A DNA stretch of 64,000 bases from Escherichia coli (GCF_024502345.1 NZ_JALDNN010000001.1), one strand, 5' to 3'. Positions 12,630 to 25,197 are shown, counted from the first letter of the stretch. Notes: generated from the letters alone by a model not told the origin. Program-made: numbers and translations.

Positions 12630-12684
12630 TGGAGCACCTCAAAAACACCATCATACACTAAATCAGTAAGTTGGCAGCATCACC

Positions 12685-12693
12685 CCCCTTGTT
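12685..12693. repeat. IS1 target-site duplication, copy 2 (CCCCTTGTT)
   Basis: 9-bp sequence identical to 11908-11916. Confidence 0.9.
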
Positions 12694-14899
12694 TACGCAG
12701 TTGTTCAATATTGAGATAAAAATGTTCATTAATTCGCTCGATCACGGTTTCAGTGATCTCAACACAGAGGCTGTTCGCCTTCAGGCCATTTTCTTTCATG
12801 ATGGTGGTAAAACGCTCATGAAAGTGCGGTTCGTTTAACTGCCAGGGCGAAACATTAATATGCAGTAAGAAATCATCCTTCAGCGACGCACGCTGACTAA
12901 AATGTCTGAATTCACCCATTGCCGTTTTAATAATCTGATAACCCAGCTCAATGATAAACCCGATATCTTCAGCAATGGTAATGAACTTCAGCGGTGAAAT
13001 GATCCCCCGCTCCGCAGAAACCCAACGGCACAACGCCTCCGCGCCCAGAATGGCGCGGGTGTTAATATCAACGATCGGTTGATAGACGAGGAATAGTTCG
13101 CCAATTTCCATTGCATGGCGAATATTACGCGCAATCCAGATATTCTCTTCTATTTCATTGAGTTTCGCGTCATCACAGAAAATAAACTCGGAGAACATAT
13201 GGTCACGGATACTGGAAATCGCCAGTTTCAGTTTTTCTGCGTAACTCCAGGCGTTTTCCCCCTGCAAAGGTTCACAAATGGCAGACTTATGGATGCGCAG
13301 ATTGCGGTAGCCAAAGCTGCTGTCAAAATCGTTTACCATCGCTATTTTACGGGTAAATGTCTGTACATTTTCCCGACACAGAAGTAAATAGAGATCGGCA
13401 TTGAATGTCACGATATCGCAGCATTGCGCATATTTCTCGGCAATTCGCTGACACAATTTCCTGACGATTTTATTGCGTTCATCAACACCAAACACCGCTT
13501 CCACGGCTTCCAGACCACACAGTTTGATGATCCCCACAGCCAGATACTGATTATTGTTGGACTCAATAATCGCCATATTTTTAATAAAACCGCTTTCCTG
13601 ATCGTAAGAGATCAGTGAGAGCAATTTATTTGACCGTTCAATTTCGGCATCTTTCATTTCCGCGATCGAATTTTTGATGCTGATAATCTCTTTCGCATCG
13701 CCTTCGCGAATTTTCAGAGCCTCGATCTGATCCGTTGAGTCGGGCAAAAACGCCAGCGTATTAACCAGCTCGGTCATTTCAGAAAATTGCCGACGGAACA
13801 CACGAGTGGTCATGAAATATACCACCAGCAACACGATAATAATGAACGCAAACGGTAGATAAAAAAGTTTATCTGATGCGTTCAATAAATTACCGCCAGG
13901 ATAATAAAAATAGATTTCGAACAATGCATTATTTGGCACTGCTGATGTCTTTGCAATATACTCCGTATCGACAGAATCAATAATATTATAATTACCTTCG
14001 CTATTATAAATAATCAGTTTTTCACGAGCGAGTTGATTCTTGGCAATGATCTCATGACCTTGTTTCAAAAATAGAACTTCATCATTAGCGCTGATTTGAT
14101 CAAGATACTCGTTCAAATACCGCCAGTTTAAATCGACATGAATTTTATCTACCGCTAACAAATCGTGATCTTTGCCGTTGATACGTAGCGTAAAAGAGAT
14201 ACATTTTTTACCCGGACGATCAAAGCAATTGTATGCCGGATTCCAGCTGTTGTTAGAGTCATCTGAAGCCACCGACCACGGTCGTTTCGATGGGTTAAAA
14301 TCGGCAAAAATAACCCGCCCTGACTCGTCGACAAGCGGTCCATTTACTTGTTCCTGATGATAAACAACGATTTTATCATTCGCCCTCCGTGAAAAGAGAT
14401 AATATTTATTATCATCAAGTACCAGTCCCACCGAGTCTAAAAATGGCATCATTTCCATTTTCAGAATCACGGCGCGTTGAATCTCCTCTGTATTTTTTAA
14501 TAAATACAGTGAGTCCTTTAATGTCAGGGCCGAACGTTCAATATCTTTAAAGAAATAGCCAACGTTTTTCTGAATAAGTTCAAAGCGGCTATCGGCACGT
14601 TTTACCGCGCGTTCCGATACCAGTTGATAGTTAATGATGAAAAAAAGACCAATAAATGACAGTGCTGCCAATAAAAATAAAATTATCAGCCTTATCTTTA
14701 TCTTTTCGTATAAACTCAGCATGTTAATACATTTAACAAAATAACTATCTGAACGCTGTGCCGCTGCAAAAATAGTCCCTTGCTGCGGCTTTTTAACCAA
14801 ATTACCCGATTCTACAAAATCAGCAGAAAGTTACAACACTTGCTTAGGGCAATAATTTCCTGTGAGGTGATTACCCTTTCAAGCAATATTCAAACGTAA

Positions 14900-15811
14900 C
14901 TATCCTTTAATTTTCGGATCCAGCGCATCGCGTAAACCATCGCCCAACAAATTGAACTCCAGTACGGTCAGAAAAATAGCCAGGGCCGGAAAAACAGCGA
15001 CATGCGGCGCGATAACCATATCCGCTCGTGCCTCATTGAGCATTGCTCCCCACTCTGGTGTCGGCGGCTGCGCACCGAGGCCGAGAAATGACAGGCTGGC
15101 GGCAGAGATAATCGAGGTGCCAATGCGCATGGTGAAAAACACCACGATAGACGAGACGGTCCCAGGCAAGATATGACGCAATAAAATGGTCATATCGCTG
15201 GCACCAATACTGCGTGCTGACTCAATAAAGGTTTGCTGTTTCAACACCAGCGTGTTGCCGCGCACCAGTCGGGCAAACGCGGGGATGGAAAAAATGGCGA
15301 CTGCGATAATCACGTTAGCAATGCCGCTTCCCAACACCGCAACAACAGCGATCGCCAGTAAAATACCCGGGAAGGCAAACAGCACATCGCAAATGCGCAT
15401 GATCAGCCGATCCCACCAGCCTTCATAATATCCAGCCAACAAGCCCAGCAACGTCCCGATCGCCGCACCGATAAACACGGCAAACACGCCCGCCGCCAGC
15501 GAGATTTGCGCACCAACCAGGACACGGCTGAAAATGTCGCGCCCCAGTGAATCGACGCCAAACCAGTGCTGCAAAGAAGGTCCGTTATTCAGATTGTCAT
15601 AATCAAAATAATTTTCGGCGTCATAGGGAGCGATCCAGCGTGCAAAAATGGCCACCACAATCAATAAAATAACGAATAATGCGGCGGTCATCGCCATATG
15701 CTGACGGCGAAATCGTCGCCAGAATTCATGCCACGGTGTACGCACCTGGTCAGGTTTGACCAGTGGCATGGCGTTTAACACCGCCTGACGTCGCCAGTTA
15801 AATAGTCGCAT
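14900..15811 (-). CDS. gsiD: glutathione ABC transporter permease GsiD
   Basis: 303-aa ORF, DppC/OppC-type permease. Confidence 0.9.
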   Translation of the reverse strand: MRLFNWRRQAVLNAMPLVKPDQVRTPWHEFWRRFRRQHMAMTAALFVILLIVVAIFARWIAPYDAENYFDYDNLNNGPSLQHWFGVDSLGRDIFSRVLVGAQISLAAGVFAVFIGAAIGTLLGLLAGYYEGWWDRLIMRICDVLFAFPGILLAIAVVAVLGSGIANVIIAVAIFSIPAFARLVRGNTLVLKQQTFIESARSIGASDMTILLRHILPGTVSSIVVFFTMRIGTSIISAASLSFLGLGAQPPTPEWGAMLNEARADMVIAPHVAVFPALAIFLTVLEFNLLGDGLRDALDPKIKG

Positions 15812-15813
15812 CC

Positions 15814-16734
15814 TTACTTGTACCTGATAGCCGGGTTAATGGCGGCGTAAAGCACATCCACCACTAAGTTGATAAGAATAAATTCCAGCGAGAAAAGCAG
15901 AATTTCCGCCTGAATCACCGGGTAATCGCGCATTTCTACGGAGTCAACGAGTAAGCGTCCAAGTCCGGGCCAGTTGAAAACTTTCTCCACCACGATAGAA
16001 CCACCGAGCAAAAAGCCAAACTGTAAGCCCATCATGGTCACTACCGGGATCATCGCGTTACGTAGCCCGTGTTTGAGGACAACCCAGGTTTCGCTCACCC
16101 CTTTCGCCCTCGCGGTACGCATATAATCTTCGCTTAAAACATCGACAAACGACGCGCGGGTAAAGCGCGCCATCACGGCTGCCACTGCCGCGCCGAGCGT
16201 CAGGGAGGGTAAAATGTAGTGCTGCCAACTGTCTGCTCCCACGGTAGGCAGCCAGCCCAGTTCAACGGAGAATACCTGAATTAAAAGCATCCCCAGCGCA
16301 AATGCCGGAAACGAGATCCCCGACACCGCAATGGTCATACTCAATCGATCCGGCCAACGATTACGCCAGACGGCGGCGATAATTCCCGCCGCCATACCAA
16401 ATATCACCGCCCAGACCATACTGGTTATGGTCAGCCACAGCGTTGGCATAAAGCGGCTGGCAATCTCATCGGCAACCGGACGACGCGACACCATCGACAG
16501 GCCAAAATCCCCCTGCACAGCATTGCTGATATAGTGCCAGAACTGGTGATACAGCGGCTGATCCAACCCCAGCTGCTGACGCACCAGTTCTATAACCTGC
16601 GCATCAGCTTCGGGCCCGGCAATCAATCGCGCCGGATCGCCGGGCAGCATATGCACAAATAAAAACACCAGCACCGAGACGATAAACAGCGTCGGAATCA
16701 ACCCCAGTAAGCGTTTGATAACGTAATTAAGCAT
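15814..16734 (-). CDS. gsiC: glutathione ABC transporter permease GsiC
   Basis: 306-aa ORF, DppB/OppB-type permease. Confidence 0.9.
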   Translation of the reverse strand: MLNYVIKRLLGLIPTLFIVSVLVFLFVHMLPGDPARLIAGPEADAQVIELVRQQLGLDQPLYHQFWHYISNAVQGDFGLSMVSRRPVADEIASRFMPTLWLTITSMVWAVIFGMAAGIIAAVWRNRWPDRLSMTIAVSGISFPAFALGMLLIQVFSVELGWLPTVGADSWQHYILPSLTLGAAVAAVMARFTRASFVDVLSEDYMRTARAKGVSETWVVLKHGLRNAMIPVVTMMGLQFGFLLGGSIVVEKVFNWPGLGRLLVDSVEMRDYPVIQAEILLFSLEFILINLVVDVLYAAINPAIRYK

Positions 16735-16751
16735 TCCACTCCCTGCGTTGC

Positions 16752-18290
16752 TTATTGCAAATCCGCGTCTTCAAAGCTGAAGCCGGTGTCTGGCATGATC
16801 CAAAAACCGGTCAGGTTTTTACTGTGTGCCGACACCAGTTTTTCTACCACCAGCGGGATCCACGGCGACTCTTGCCAGATGATATCCTGCGCCGCCTTAT
16901 ACAAGCGGGTCTTTTCCGCCGGATCATTAGTTTTCAGTGCCTGAGCCAGGAAGTCGTCCACCTGTTTATTGCTGTAAAATGCGGTATTAAACAGCGTCGG
17001 TGGCCAGTTTTGCGAGGCGAACAGTGGCGATAGCGCCCAGTCCGCTTCGCCGGTTGAAGCCGACCAGCCAGTGTAGAACATCCGCACGCCGCTCTCTTTT
17101 TGCCCTTTACCTTCAACTTCTGCCGCCCGCTGTCCGGCATCCATCGCGGTCACCTGGGCTTTAATCCCGACCTGCGCTAACTGCTGCTGGGTAAATTGCA
17201 GCACTTTCTGCGCGGTGCTGTGGTTATGTGACGACCACAGCGTGGTACTGAAACCGTTGGGATATCCCGCCTCTTTCAGTAATTCGCGCGCTTTCACTGG
17301 ATCGTAAGGCCACGGTTTATAACTTTGCGCGTAGGCGATACTTGGCGGTACCACACCAGTAGCTGGCGTTGCATAGCCCGCAAAGGCAACTTTCACCAGC
17401 GCCGGACGGTTAATGGCGTAATTCAGCGCCTCACGGACCTTCGGGTTATCGAACGGCTTTTGCGTCACGTTCATACTGATATAACGCTGCATAATTGACG
17501 GACTGGCCATCAACTCGATATTTTTGTTTTTCTCCAGCAGTGTGGCCTGCTCGTAGGGAATGGGGAAAGCAAACTGCGCTTCACCGGTTTGCAGCATTGC
17601 CGCGCGGGTGTTGTTATCCGCCACCGGACGCCAGGTTATGCTGTCCAGTTTGGGCAATCCTGGCTGCCAGTAACCCGCGAATTTTTTCACCTTCACAAAA
17701 TCGGTCTGATTCCAGGTATCCAGTTCATACGGTCCGGTTCCCACCGGATGAAAACCAATCTCCTTGCCATATTTTTCCAGCGCTGCCGGTGAAATCATCG
17801 CGGTCGCCGGATGGGCAAGAATATTAATAAACGCTGAGAACGGCTGTTTGAGGGTAATCTTTACCGTTGTCGGATCGATCGCCTCCGTTTTGGCAATATT
17901 CTTATACAGGTTATAGCGTTTAAGATGATTCGCCGGATCGCTGGCCCGGTCCAGATTCGCTTTTACCGCCACTGCGTTGAAATCGATGCCATCCTGGAAT
18001 TTAATTCCTTCCCGCAATTTCACGGTGTAAGTAATGCCGTCATCGGAAACGGTATAACTCTCCGCCAGCACGTTTTTCAGTTTCATCTCTTTATCCAGAC
18101 CGAACAGCCCCTGGTAAAACGATTTCGCTACGGCCTGAGATAACGTGTCATTTGCGTCATACGGATCGAGCGTGGTGAAATTCGATCCTACCGCCACCAC
18201 CACATCTTTGGCAGCGAATGCACAAGATGCCATCAACGCTGTCGCAATGCCCAGCGCCACTAACCCACTACGGTGTACAGCTCTTGCCAT
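16752..18290 (-). CDS. gsiB: glutathione-binding periplasmic protein GsiB
   Basis: 512 aa from ATG at 18290 (track ORF is extended by 89 codons); signal peptide then family-5 solute-binding protein. Confidence 0.9.
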   Translation of the reverse strand: MARAVHRSGLVALGIATALMASCAFAAKDVVVAVGSNFTTLDPYDANDTLSQAVAKSFYQGLFGLDKEMKLKNVLAESYTVSDDGITYTVKLREGIKFQDGIDFNAVAVKANLDRASDPANHLKRYNLYKNIAKTEAIDPTTVKITLKQPFSAFINILAHPATAMISPAALEKYGKEIGFHPVGTGPYELDTWNQTDFVKVKKFAGYWQPGLPKLDSITWRPVADNNTRAAMLQTGEAQFAFPIPYEQATLLEKNKNIELMASPSIMQRYISMNVTQKPFDNPKVREALNYAINRPALVKVAFAGYATPATGVVPPSIAYAQSYKPWPYDPVKARELLKEAGYPNGFSTTLWSSHNHSTAQKVLQFTQQQLAQVGIKAQVTAMDAGQRAAEVEGKGQKESGVRMFYTGWSASTGEADWALSPLFASQNWPPTLFNTAFYSNKQVDDFLAQALKTNDPAEKTRLYKAAQDIIWQESPWIPLVVEKLVSAHSKNLTGFWIMPDTGFSFEDADLQ

Positions 18291-18309
18291 TTTATTCTCC
18301 GCCTGAATG

Positions 18310-20181
18310 TTATCTACGCATGAATGCGTATTCTGATTGTGGTTGTGCGACGTAATGCCCCGGCCCGACGCATTGCAACGAGACGGCTGCCACCTCTTCG
18401 CCACGCAGATGAATATTGCTGGGAAGATCGTCCGACAGCAGTACACGCTGCGGTCGTTGTCGGGACGGTTCCGCGACCGGAACTGCCGCCAGTAATTTAC
18501 GCGTATAAGGATGCTGCGGGTTTTCGAAGACCGCGCGCCGTGGACCAATTTCAACAATTTGCCCGAGATACATCACCGCCACACGATGACTAATCCGCTC
18601 TACCACGGCCATATCGTGGGAGATAAACAGATACGCAATGCCGAAATCACGCTGGAGATCGAGCAACAAGTTGATAATCTGCCCGCGAATAGAAACATCC
18701 AGCGCCGAAACGGCTTCGTCGGCAATGATCACTTTTGGATTCAATGCCAACGCGCGAGCAATGCAGATGCGCTGGCGCTGACCGCCGGAAAACTCATGCG
18801 GGTAACGCCAGGCATGTTCAGGTAACAGGCCCACGCGCTCCAGCAACCACGCAACGCGTGCAGCCGCGTCTTTACCTGGCAATAAACCGTGTACACGCAG
18901 CGGTTCGATAATCGAATCACCGATGGTCTGACGTGGGTCCAGCGAAGCGTAAGGGTCCTGAAAAATAAACTGAATATCCCGGCGCAATGCCTGAAGTTTG
19001 CCGGGTGACAAGGTATCGATTCTCTGACCGTTAAAGATAATTTCGCCGCCCTGCGATTCGACCAGGCGCAGCAACGCCCGCCCGGTAGTGGATTTACCGC
19101 TGCCAGACTCACCAACCAGCGATAGCGTTTCGCCAGGCCAGAGATCAAAACTGACTTTCTCAACGGCATGCACTTCCCGCGTTACGCGATTCAACAAACC
19201 GCTGCGCAAAGGGAAACGGGTGACCAGATTACGCACCCGTAAAACAGGTTCGCCATCCACCACCGTTTTCTGCTCGATGGGGGGTTCCTGTTTCGCTGGA
19301 TGTTCAAGCGATATCAACGGGAAACGTCGGGGATAATCTAACCCTTTCATCGCACCAAGTTGCGGAACAGCAGCTAACAGCGCACGGGTGTAAGGATGTT
19401 GCGGTGCATGAAAAATCTGTTCGACGGTACCCGTTTCCACCGCCTCGCCCTGATACATCACCAGTACCCGATCGGCAATCTCTGCCACCACGCCCATATC
19501 GTGAGTGATAAAGATAACGCCCATCGACATCTCTTTTTGCAATACTTTGATTAATTGCAGGATCTGCGCCTGAATAGTGACATCCAGCGCGGTGGTTGGC
19601 TCATCGGCAATCAGCACCGCCGGGCGGCATGACAGCGCCATCGCAATCATCACTCGCTGGCGCATCCCGCCAGAGAGTTGATGCGGATAACGTGAAAGAA
19701 TGGTTTGTGCCTCAGGAATGCGTACCTGATCCAGCATCCGCTTCGCCTCGACCATCGCTTCTTCACGACTGGCGTTCTGATGCAGACGAATTGATTCGGC
19801 AATCTGTTCACCCACAGTAAATACCGGGTTCAGCGATGTCATCGGCTCCTGAAATATCATCGCCATATCCGCACCGCGAACATGGCGCATTTGTGCAGCG
19901 CTCTGCTCGCTAAGTTCAATCACTTCGCGACTGCGCCGCTGCAACAGCATTTTATCGCACTGTACTAAACCGCCCGCCTGTTCCAACAGGCGCATCAATG
20001 CCAACGCAGTCACTGACTTACCGGAGCCGGATTCGCCAACAATTGCCAGCGTCTCACCGCGTTGCAGACTAAAAGAGAGATTGCGGACCGCAGCTATTTT
20101 CTGCTGGTCCTGCATAAAGGCAATATTCAGATTTTCAACCGCCAGCACATTACCGGCATCAAGTTCATCACTGTGTGGCAA
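18310..20181 (-). CDS. gsiA: glutathione ABC transporter ATP-binding protein GsiA (two fused ABC domains)
   Basis: 623 aa if initiated at the TTG at 20181, giving a 14-nt overlap with the iaaA 3' end; two Walker A (GESGSGKS) motifs. Confidence 0.85.
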   Translation of the reverse strand: MPHSDELDAGNVLAVENLNIAFMQDQQKIAAVRNLSFSLQRGETLAIVGESGSGKSVTALALMRLLEQAGGLVQCDKMLLQRRSREVIELSEQSAAQMRHVRGADMAMIFQEPMTSLNPVFTVGEQIAESIRLHQNASREEAMVEAKRMLDQVRIPEAQTILSRYPHQLSGGMRQRVMIAMALSCRPAVLIADEPTTALDVTIQAQILQLIKVLQKEMSMGVIFITHDMGVVAEIADRVLVMYQGEAVETGTVEQIFHAPQHPYTRALLAAVPQLGAMKGLDYPRRFPLISLEHPAKQEPPIEQKTVVDGEPVLRVRNLVTRFPLRSGLLNRVTREVHAVEKVSFDLWPGETLSLVGESGSGKSTTGRALLRLVESQGGEIIFNGQRIDTLSPGKLQALRRDIQFIFQDPYASLDPRQTIGDSIIEPLRVHGLLPGKDAAARVAWLLERVGLLPEHAWRYPHEFSGGQRQRICIARALALNPKVIIADEAVSALDVSIRGQIINLLLDLQRDFGIAYLFISHDMAVVERISHRVAVMYLGQIVEIGPRRAVFENPQHPYTRKLLAAVPVAEPSRQRPQRVLLSDDLPSNIHLRGEEVAAVSLQCVGPGHYVAQPQSEYAFMRR

Positions 20182-21133
20182 CGGTGTCCCCTTTTTCACG
20201 GTAGATACCGGTGGTTGGCGTATCGCCTGCGTAGCCCCAGGCGCGATACATTCCTTCGGTGTTAAACGGTAGCGCGACATTCCCTTCATGGTCGATAGCG
20301 ATTAAGCCACCGCTACCGCCAAGCGCAGGGAGTTTTTCCATTACTACCCGCTCGCAGGCTTCCGCGAGACTTAATCCGCCGTAATCCATTAACGCGGCGA
20401 TGTCATATGCCGCCAGCGCGCGGATGAAGACTTCGCCCGTGCCGGTACAAGAAACCGCCACACTGGCGTTATTGGCGTAGCATCCGGCACCCACTAAGGG
20501 ACTATCGCCAACTCGTCCGGGTAATTTATTGGTCATTCCGCCTGTGGACGTGGCTGCCGCCAAATTGCCGTCTAAATCCAACGCCACGGCCCCCACGGTG
20601 CCCATTTTCTGTTTTTCATCCAGTGGCGCACCGCTATGGTCGAGGACGGTTGCCCCTTCCTTGCGCGCTGCCAGTAGTTGTTCATAACGCAAAGGCGTGG
20701 AGAAAATCTCCGGCGAGACACGCTCCATGCCACGAGCAAACGCAAAATTTTCTGCCCCTTCGCCAATCATCATCACATGCGGGCTTTGCTCCATCACCAG
20801 CCGGGCGGCAAGAACCGGATTACGCAGATGACTAACGCCCGCCACCGCACCGGCTTTCAGGGTGTTACCATCCATCACACAGGCGTCCAGTTCATGGGTT
20901 TCATCACGCGTAAAGACAGCGCCAATTCCGGCGTTAAACAGTGGACACTCTTCCAGCAGACGCACCGCTTCCGTCACCACATCCAGCGCACTTTCGCCCG
21001 CTTCCAGCATTTTCTGCCCGGTTTCAACAATGGCAGACAACGCCTCAATGTAGCGTAATTCCTGTTGCAGACTCATCTGCGCGCGGCTAATTGCACCTGC
21101 GCCACCATGAATTGCAATGACTGCTTTGCCCAT
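20168..21133 (-). CDS. iaaA: isoaspartyl dipeptidase / L-asparaginase (Ntn hydrolase) IaaA
   Basis: 321 aa from ATG at 21133; plant-type asparaginase family with conserved GT autoproteolysis site. Confidence 0.9.
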   Translation of the reverse strand: MGKAVIAIHGGAGAISRAQMSLQQELRYIEALSAIVETGQKMLEAGESALDVVTEAVRLLEECPLFNAGIGAVFTRDETHELDACVMDGNTLKAGAVAGVSHLRNPVLAARLVMEQSPHVMMIGEGAENFAFARGMERVSPEIFSTPLRYEQLLAARKEGATVLDHSGAPLDEKQKMGTVGAVALDLDGNLAAATSTGGMTNKLPGRVGDSPLVGAGCYANNASVAVSCTGTGEVFIRALAAYDIAALMDYGGLSLAEACERVVMEKLPALGGSGGLIAIDHEGNVALPFNTEGMYRAWGYAGDTPTTGIYREKGDTVATQ

Positions 21134-21336
21134 AGTATTCATCCATTAAGGGTGGCTCGCCACTTTTGCTATAAATATCAGAATTTTTATGAATTACTCA
21201 TTCAATTTTTGAATATAGAAAGATGGATATGGCATGTAAAGGCAGGAGCCAACGCTACGCCCGAGGTGGCATACAGTCTGTGGCGTTTTTCTGACATAAT
21301 AGGCAAATTCGATTTTGCCTCCGCAGGAGTGTTTTC

Positions 21337-22572
21337 ATGGAATTTACCACCGGATTGATGTCGCTCGACACCGCGCTTAATGAGATGCTTTCTCGCGTCA
21401 CCCCACTGACCGCCCAGGAAACGCTGCCACTGGTACAGTGTTTTGGTCGTATTCTGGCGAGCGATGTCGTTTCGCCGCTTGATGTTCCGGGGTTTGATAA
21501 CTCCGCAATGGACGGCTACGCGGTGCGTTTAGCCGATATTGCCTCCGGGCAACCGCTGCCCGTTGCCGGTAAATCCTTTGCCGGTCAGCCGTATCATGGT
21601 GAATGGCCTGCGGGCACCTGCATTCGTATTATGACCGGTGCGCCGGTGCCGGAAGGCTGCGAAGCGGTGGTGATGCAGGAGCAGACTGAACAAACGGACA
21701 ATGGCGTGCGTTTTACTGCTGAAGTGCGTAGCGGGCAAAATATTCGCCGTCGCGGTGAAGATATCTCTGCAGGTGCGGTTGTTTTCCCGGCGGGAACTCG
21801 CCTGACTACCGCAGAGCTGCCAGTAATTGCTTCACTGGGGATTGCCGAAGTTCCGGTGATTCGTAAAGTGCGTGTAGCGCTTTTTTCTACCGGTGATGAA
21901 CTCCAGTTGCCCGGTCAGCCGCTGGGCGACGGCCAAATCTACGACACCAACCGTCTCGCCGTACACCTGATGTTAGAACAGCTGGGTTGCGAGGTAATCA
22001 ACTTAGGGATTATCCGCGACGATCCCCATGCCCTGCGCGCCGCATTTATTGAAGCCGACAGCCAGGCGGATGTAGTGATCAGTTCCGGCGGTGTTTCAGT
22101 GGGTGAAGCGGATTACACCAAAACGATTCTTGAAGAGCTGGGGGAGATCGCCTTCTGGAAGCTGGCGATTAAACCAGGTAAACCGTTCGCGTTCGGTAAA
22201 CTCAGCAATAGCTGGTTCTGCGGCCTGCCGGGCAACCCGGTTTCAGCGACGCTGACCTTCTATCAACTGGTACAGCCTTTGCTGGCAAAACTAAGCGGCA
22301 ACACCGCCAGCGGCCTGCCCGCGCGCCAGCGCGTACGCACAGCGTCCCGCCTGAAAAAAACGCCAGGACGTCTTGATTTCCAGCGCGGCGTGCTGCAACG
22401 CAACGCCGACGGTGAACTTGAAGTGACGACCACCGGACATCAGGGTTCACATATATTTAGCTCCTTTAGTCTCGGCAACTGCTTTATCGTGCTGGAACGC
22501 GATCGCGGCAATGTGGACGTGGGCGAATGGGTGGAAGTAGAACTGTTTAACGCGTTGTTCGGAGGCCTGTAA
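21337..22572 (+). CDS. moeA: molybdopterin molybdenumtransferase MoeA
   Basis: 411-aa ORF. Confidence 0.93.
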   Translation: MEFTTGLMSLDTALNEMLSRVTPLTAQETLPLVQCFGRILASDVVSPLDVPGFDNSAMDGYAVRLADIASGQPLPVAGKSFAGQPYHGEWPAGTCIRIMTGAPVPEGCEAVVMQEQTEQTDNGVRFTAEVRSGQNIRRRGEDISAGAVVFPAGTRLTTAELPVIASLGIAEVPVIRKVRVALFSTGDELQLPGQPLGDGQIYDTNRLAVHLMLEQLGCEVINLGIIRDDPHALRAAFIEADSQADVVISSGGVSVGEADYTKTILEELGEIAFWKLAIKPGKPFAFGKLSNSWFCGLPGNPVSATLTFYQLVQPLLAKLSGNTASGLPARQRVRTASRLKKTPGRLDFQRGVLQRNADGELEVTTTGHQGSHIFSSFSLGNCFIVLERDRGNVDVGEWVEVELFNALFGGL

Positions 22573-23321
22573 TGGCGGAACTCAGCGATCAGGAGATGCT
22601 GCGCTACAACCGGCAAATCATTCTGCGCGGTTTTGATTTTGACGGTCAGGAGGCGCTAAAAGATTCTCGTGTGCTGGTAGTCGGCCTCGGTGGACTCGGC
22701 TGCGCAGCTTCGCAGTATCTGGCAAGCGCCGGTGTCGGCAACCTGACGCTGCTCGACTTCGACACGGTTTCGCTCTCGAATCTGCAACGCCAGACACTGC
22801 ACAGTGATGCCACGGTCGGGCAACCGAAGGTGGAATCCGCCCGTGACGCCCTGACGCGGATCAACCCACATATCGCGATTACGCCAGTCAATGCACTGCT
22901 AGATGACGCAGAACTTGCAGCATTGATTGCTGAACACGATCTGGTGCTCGACTGTACGGATAACGTTGCGGTACGTAATCAACTGAACGCAGGCTGTTTT
23001 GCCGCGAAGGTGCCGCTGGTTTCCGGCGCGGCAATTCGTATGGAAGGGCAAATCACGGTCTTCACTTATCAGGACGGCGAACCTTGCTATCGCTGCCTTA
23101 GCCGTTTGTTTGGCGAGAACGCATTAACCTGCGTAGAAGCAGGCGTGATGGCACCGTTGATCGGCGTAATTGGTTCGTTGCAGGCAATGGAAGCGATCAA
23201 ACTGCTGGCAGGTTATGGCAAACCGGCCAGCGGGAAAATCGTCATGTACGATGCGATGACCTGTCAGTTTCGCGAAATGAAACTGATGCGCAATCCGGGG
23301 TGTGAGGTGTGCGGGCAGTAA
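22572..23321 (+). CDS. moeB: molybdopterin-synthase adenylyltransferase MoeB
   Basis: 249-aa ORF; ThiF/MoeB fold with GLGGLG nucleotide motif and CxxC pairs; ATG overlaps moeA stop (TAATG). Confidence 0.93.
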   Translation: MAELSDQEMLRYNRQIILRGFDFDGQEALKDSRVLVVGLGGLGCAASQYLASAGVGNLTLLDFDTVSLSNLQRQTLHSDATVGQPKVESARDALTRINPHIAITPVNALLDDAELAALIAEHDLVLDCTDNVAVRNQLNAGCFAAKVPLVSGAAIRMEGQITVFTYQDGEPCYRCLSRLFGENALTCVEAGVMAPLIGVIGSLQAMEAIKLLAGYGKPASGKIVMYDAMTCQFREMKLMRNPGCEVCGQ

Positions 23322-23332
23322 TTGCCACCTCC

Positions 23333-23415
23333 AGGCCTGATAAGACGCGACAAGCGTCGCATCAGGCATTTGCTCCAGACGCCAGATGCGGCGTGAACGC
23401 CTTATCTGGCCTACG
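23333..23415. repeat. REP elements (BIME-type pair) downstream of moeB
   Basis: aggcctgataagacgcgacaagcgtcgcatcaggc and gccagatgcggcgtgaacgccttatctggcctac, typical REP palindromes. Confidence 0.8.
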
Positions 23416-23499
23416 GTTCGGGCACAGATTTCCAAGCGCGGCAGGCATCGGTGCACTCCGCCACGTCATCAGCAATTTATGAGGATGCAGAACGTCCGG

Positions 23500-24162
23500 T
23501 TAAATCGACGTTCTGCCAAACGCTCCCTGCCAGTCCTGCTCAAACTTCGCCACAGCGGCTTCCACCGCCGGATAGCTAATCATCTGTTGTGCCACATCCA
23601 GTGGCAGAGTAATTGATTCACATCCTGCCAGTAAGCAGTCCAGCGCCTGACGCGGGGTTTTGAAACTCGCTGCCAGCACTTTCGCCTGCGGCGCATGCAT
23701 TTTCAATAACTGGTGTAAGTCGATCACAGTCTGAATGCCGCTACCGCCCTGAGCATCAATACGATTAACGTAAGGCGCAACATATTCCGCACCTGCCAGC
23801 GCCGACAGCAGCCCTTGTGCTGCGCCATATACCGCGGTTCCCAGCGTTGGAATCCCTTCCGCTTTTAACATCTTAATAGCTGCCAGCCCCTCGGCGGTCA
23901 CCAGAACTTTCACCACGATATCCGCAATAATAGAACGCAATTTACGTGCGTCATTCACCATCCCTTCAGCAGTGGTAGCCATTACCTGGGCAAACAGACG
24001 CCCCTGACCGCCCATCGCTTCATGAAGTTGCGGAAGCACAACATCCAGCGTTTTTTTACCCGCGGCGATAATGCTTGGGTTAGTGGTCACACCCGCCAGC
24101 GGAAAAATACGTGACAGCGCCTTCACCGCAACAACGTCTGAAGTATCCAGATACAGTTCCAT
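23500..24162 (-). CDS. fsaA: fructose-6-phosphate aldolase 1 (transaldolase-like)
   Basis: 220 aa from ATG at 24162 (track ORF extended by 24 codons). Confidence 0.9.
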   Translation of the reverse strand: MELYLDTSDVVAVKALSRIFPLAGVTTNPSIIAAGKKTLDVVLPQLHEAMGGQGRLFAQVMATTAEGMVNDARKLRSIIADIVVKVLVTAEGLAAIKMLKAEGIPTLGTAVYGAAQGLLSALAGAEYVAPYVNRIDAQGGSGIQTVIDLHQLLKMHAPQAKVLAASFKTPRQALDCLLAGCESITLPLDVAQQMISYPAVEAAVAKFEQDWQGAFGRTSI

Positions 24163-24292
24163 AACCATCCTCAAAATGTACTTTTTGTCTGAATGTAGAC
24201 TATCACGGGAAAACTCTCTGAACAGTTGACGCACATCAATCTAACTTTCATTCGAAAGTATTTTAATGTTTGAACGAAACAGAGAGGCAACT

Positions 24293-25192
24293 ATGATTTT
24301 CAATATTCAGCGCTACTCGACCCATGATGGCCCCGGTATCCGCACGGTCGTATTTCTTAAAGGCTGTTCGCTGGGCTGCCGCTGGTGTCAGAACCCGGAA
24401 AGCCGCGCCCGCACGCAGGATCTGCTGTATGACGCACGACTGTGTCTGGAAGGCTGCGAGCTGTGCGCTAAGGCCGCGCCGGAAGTGATTGAGCGCGCGC
24501 TGAATGGTTTGCTTATTCATCGGGAAAAGTTAACCCCGGAGCATCTGACGGCGTTAACCGACTGCTGTCCGACACAGGCATTAACCGTGTGTGGTGAAGT
24601 GAAAAGCGTTGAGGAGATCATGACGACCGTTCTGCGCGATAAACCGTTTTACGATCGCAGCGGCGGCGGTTTAACGCTTTCGGGTGGTGAACCCTTTATG
24701 CAGCCGGAAATGGCGATGGCGCTACTGCAAGCCAGCCACGAGGCAGGCATTCATACTGCGGTAGAAACCTGTCTGCATGTGCCGTGGAAATATATCGCCC
24801 CTTCTCTGCCCTATATCGATCTGTTTCTTGCCGATTTAAAACACGTTGCCGACGCGCCGTTTAAACAGTGGACCGACGGTAACGCCGCCAGAGTGCTGGA
24901 TAACCTGAAAAAACTCGCCGCAGCGGGCAAAAAAATCATTATCCGCGTGCCGCTGATTCAGGGCTTTAATGCCGACGAAACCTCTGTAAAAGCCATTACC
25001 GATTTTGCCGCCGACGAGCTGCACGTTGGCGAAATTCATTTTCTGCCCTACCACACGCTGGGCATCAACAAATATCACTTACTTAATCTGCCCTATGACG
25101 CCCCGGAAAAACCGCTTGATGCGCCAGAACTGCTCGACTTTGCCCAGCAGTATGCCTGCCAGAAAGGGTTAACCGCGACCTTACGAGGATAA
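24293..25192 (+). CDS. ybiY: glycyl-radical enzyme activating protein (radical SAM) YbiY
   Basis: 299 aa from ATG 24293 preceded by AGAGAGG; an in-frame ATG at 24266 is an alternative start; CxxxCxxC motif and extra Cys clusters. Confidence 0.85.
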
Positions 25193-25197
25193 CAACC

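Larger units (their letters stand above)
11917..12684 (-). mobile_element. IS1: IS1 insertion sequence, complete 768-bp copy
   Basis: terminal inverted repeats GGTAATGACTCCAACTTATTGATAGTG (11917) and ...GGCAGCATCACC (12684); insA and insB ORFs; flanked by identical 9-bp direct repeats. Confidence 0.95.
11597..14722 (-). pseudogene. pdeI: c-di-GMP phosphodiesterase gene pdeI (yliE) interrupted by IS1 within the EAL domain
   Basis: N-terminal part 12685-14722 (ends ...EQLRKQG) and C-terminal part 11597-11916 (VRISIDDFGTG...) are in the same frame; the intervening 777 bp (768-bp IS1 plus 9-bp duplication) is a multiple of 3. Confidence 0.85.

Noticed and set aside
12680-14800. 706-aa track ORF taken at face value as an intact protein
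   Set aside because: Its 3' end reads into the IS1 inverted repeat and its 5' end is extended 26 codons upstream of the likely ATG at 14722; it is the N-terminal fragment of IS1-disrupted pdeI
16752-18557. Long N-terminal extensions of track ORFs for gsiB (601 aa), and similarly dinG (761 aa), dps (208 aa), mcbA (134 aa), fsaA (244 aa) and rlmF (335 aa)
   Set aside because: Each extension lacks a signal peptide or domain continuity, and the internal ATG gives the expected mature architecture; these are ORF-caller over-extensions, not novel N-terminal domains
23333-23415. REP clusters as possible CRISPR-like or novel structured RNA loci
   Set aside because: The palindromes match the well-known REP/BIME family and occur singly or in pairs between convergent genes, not as repeat-spacer arrays
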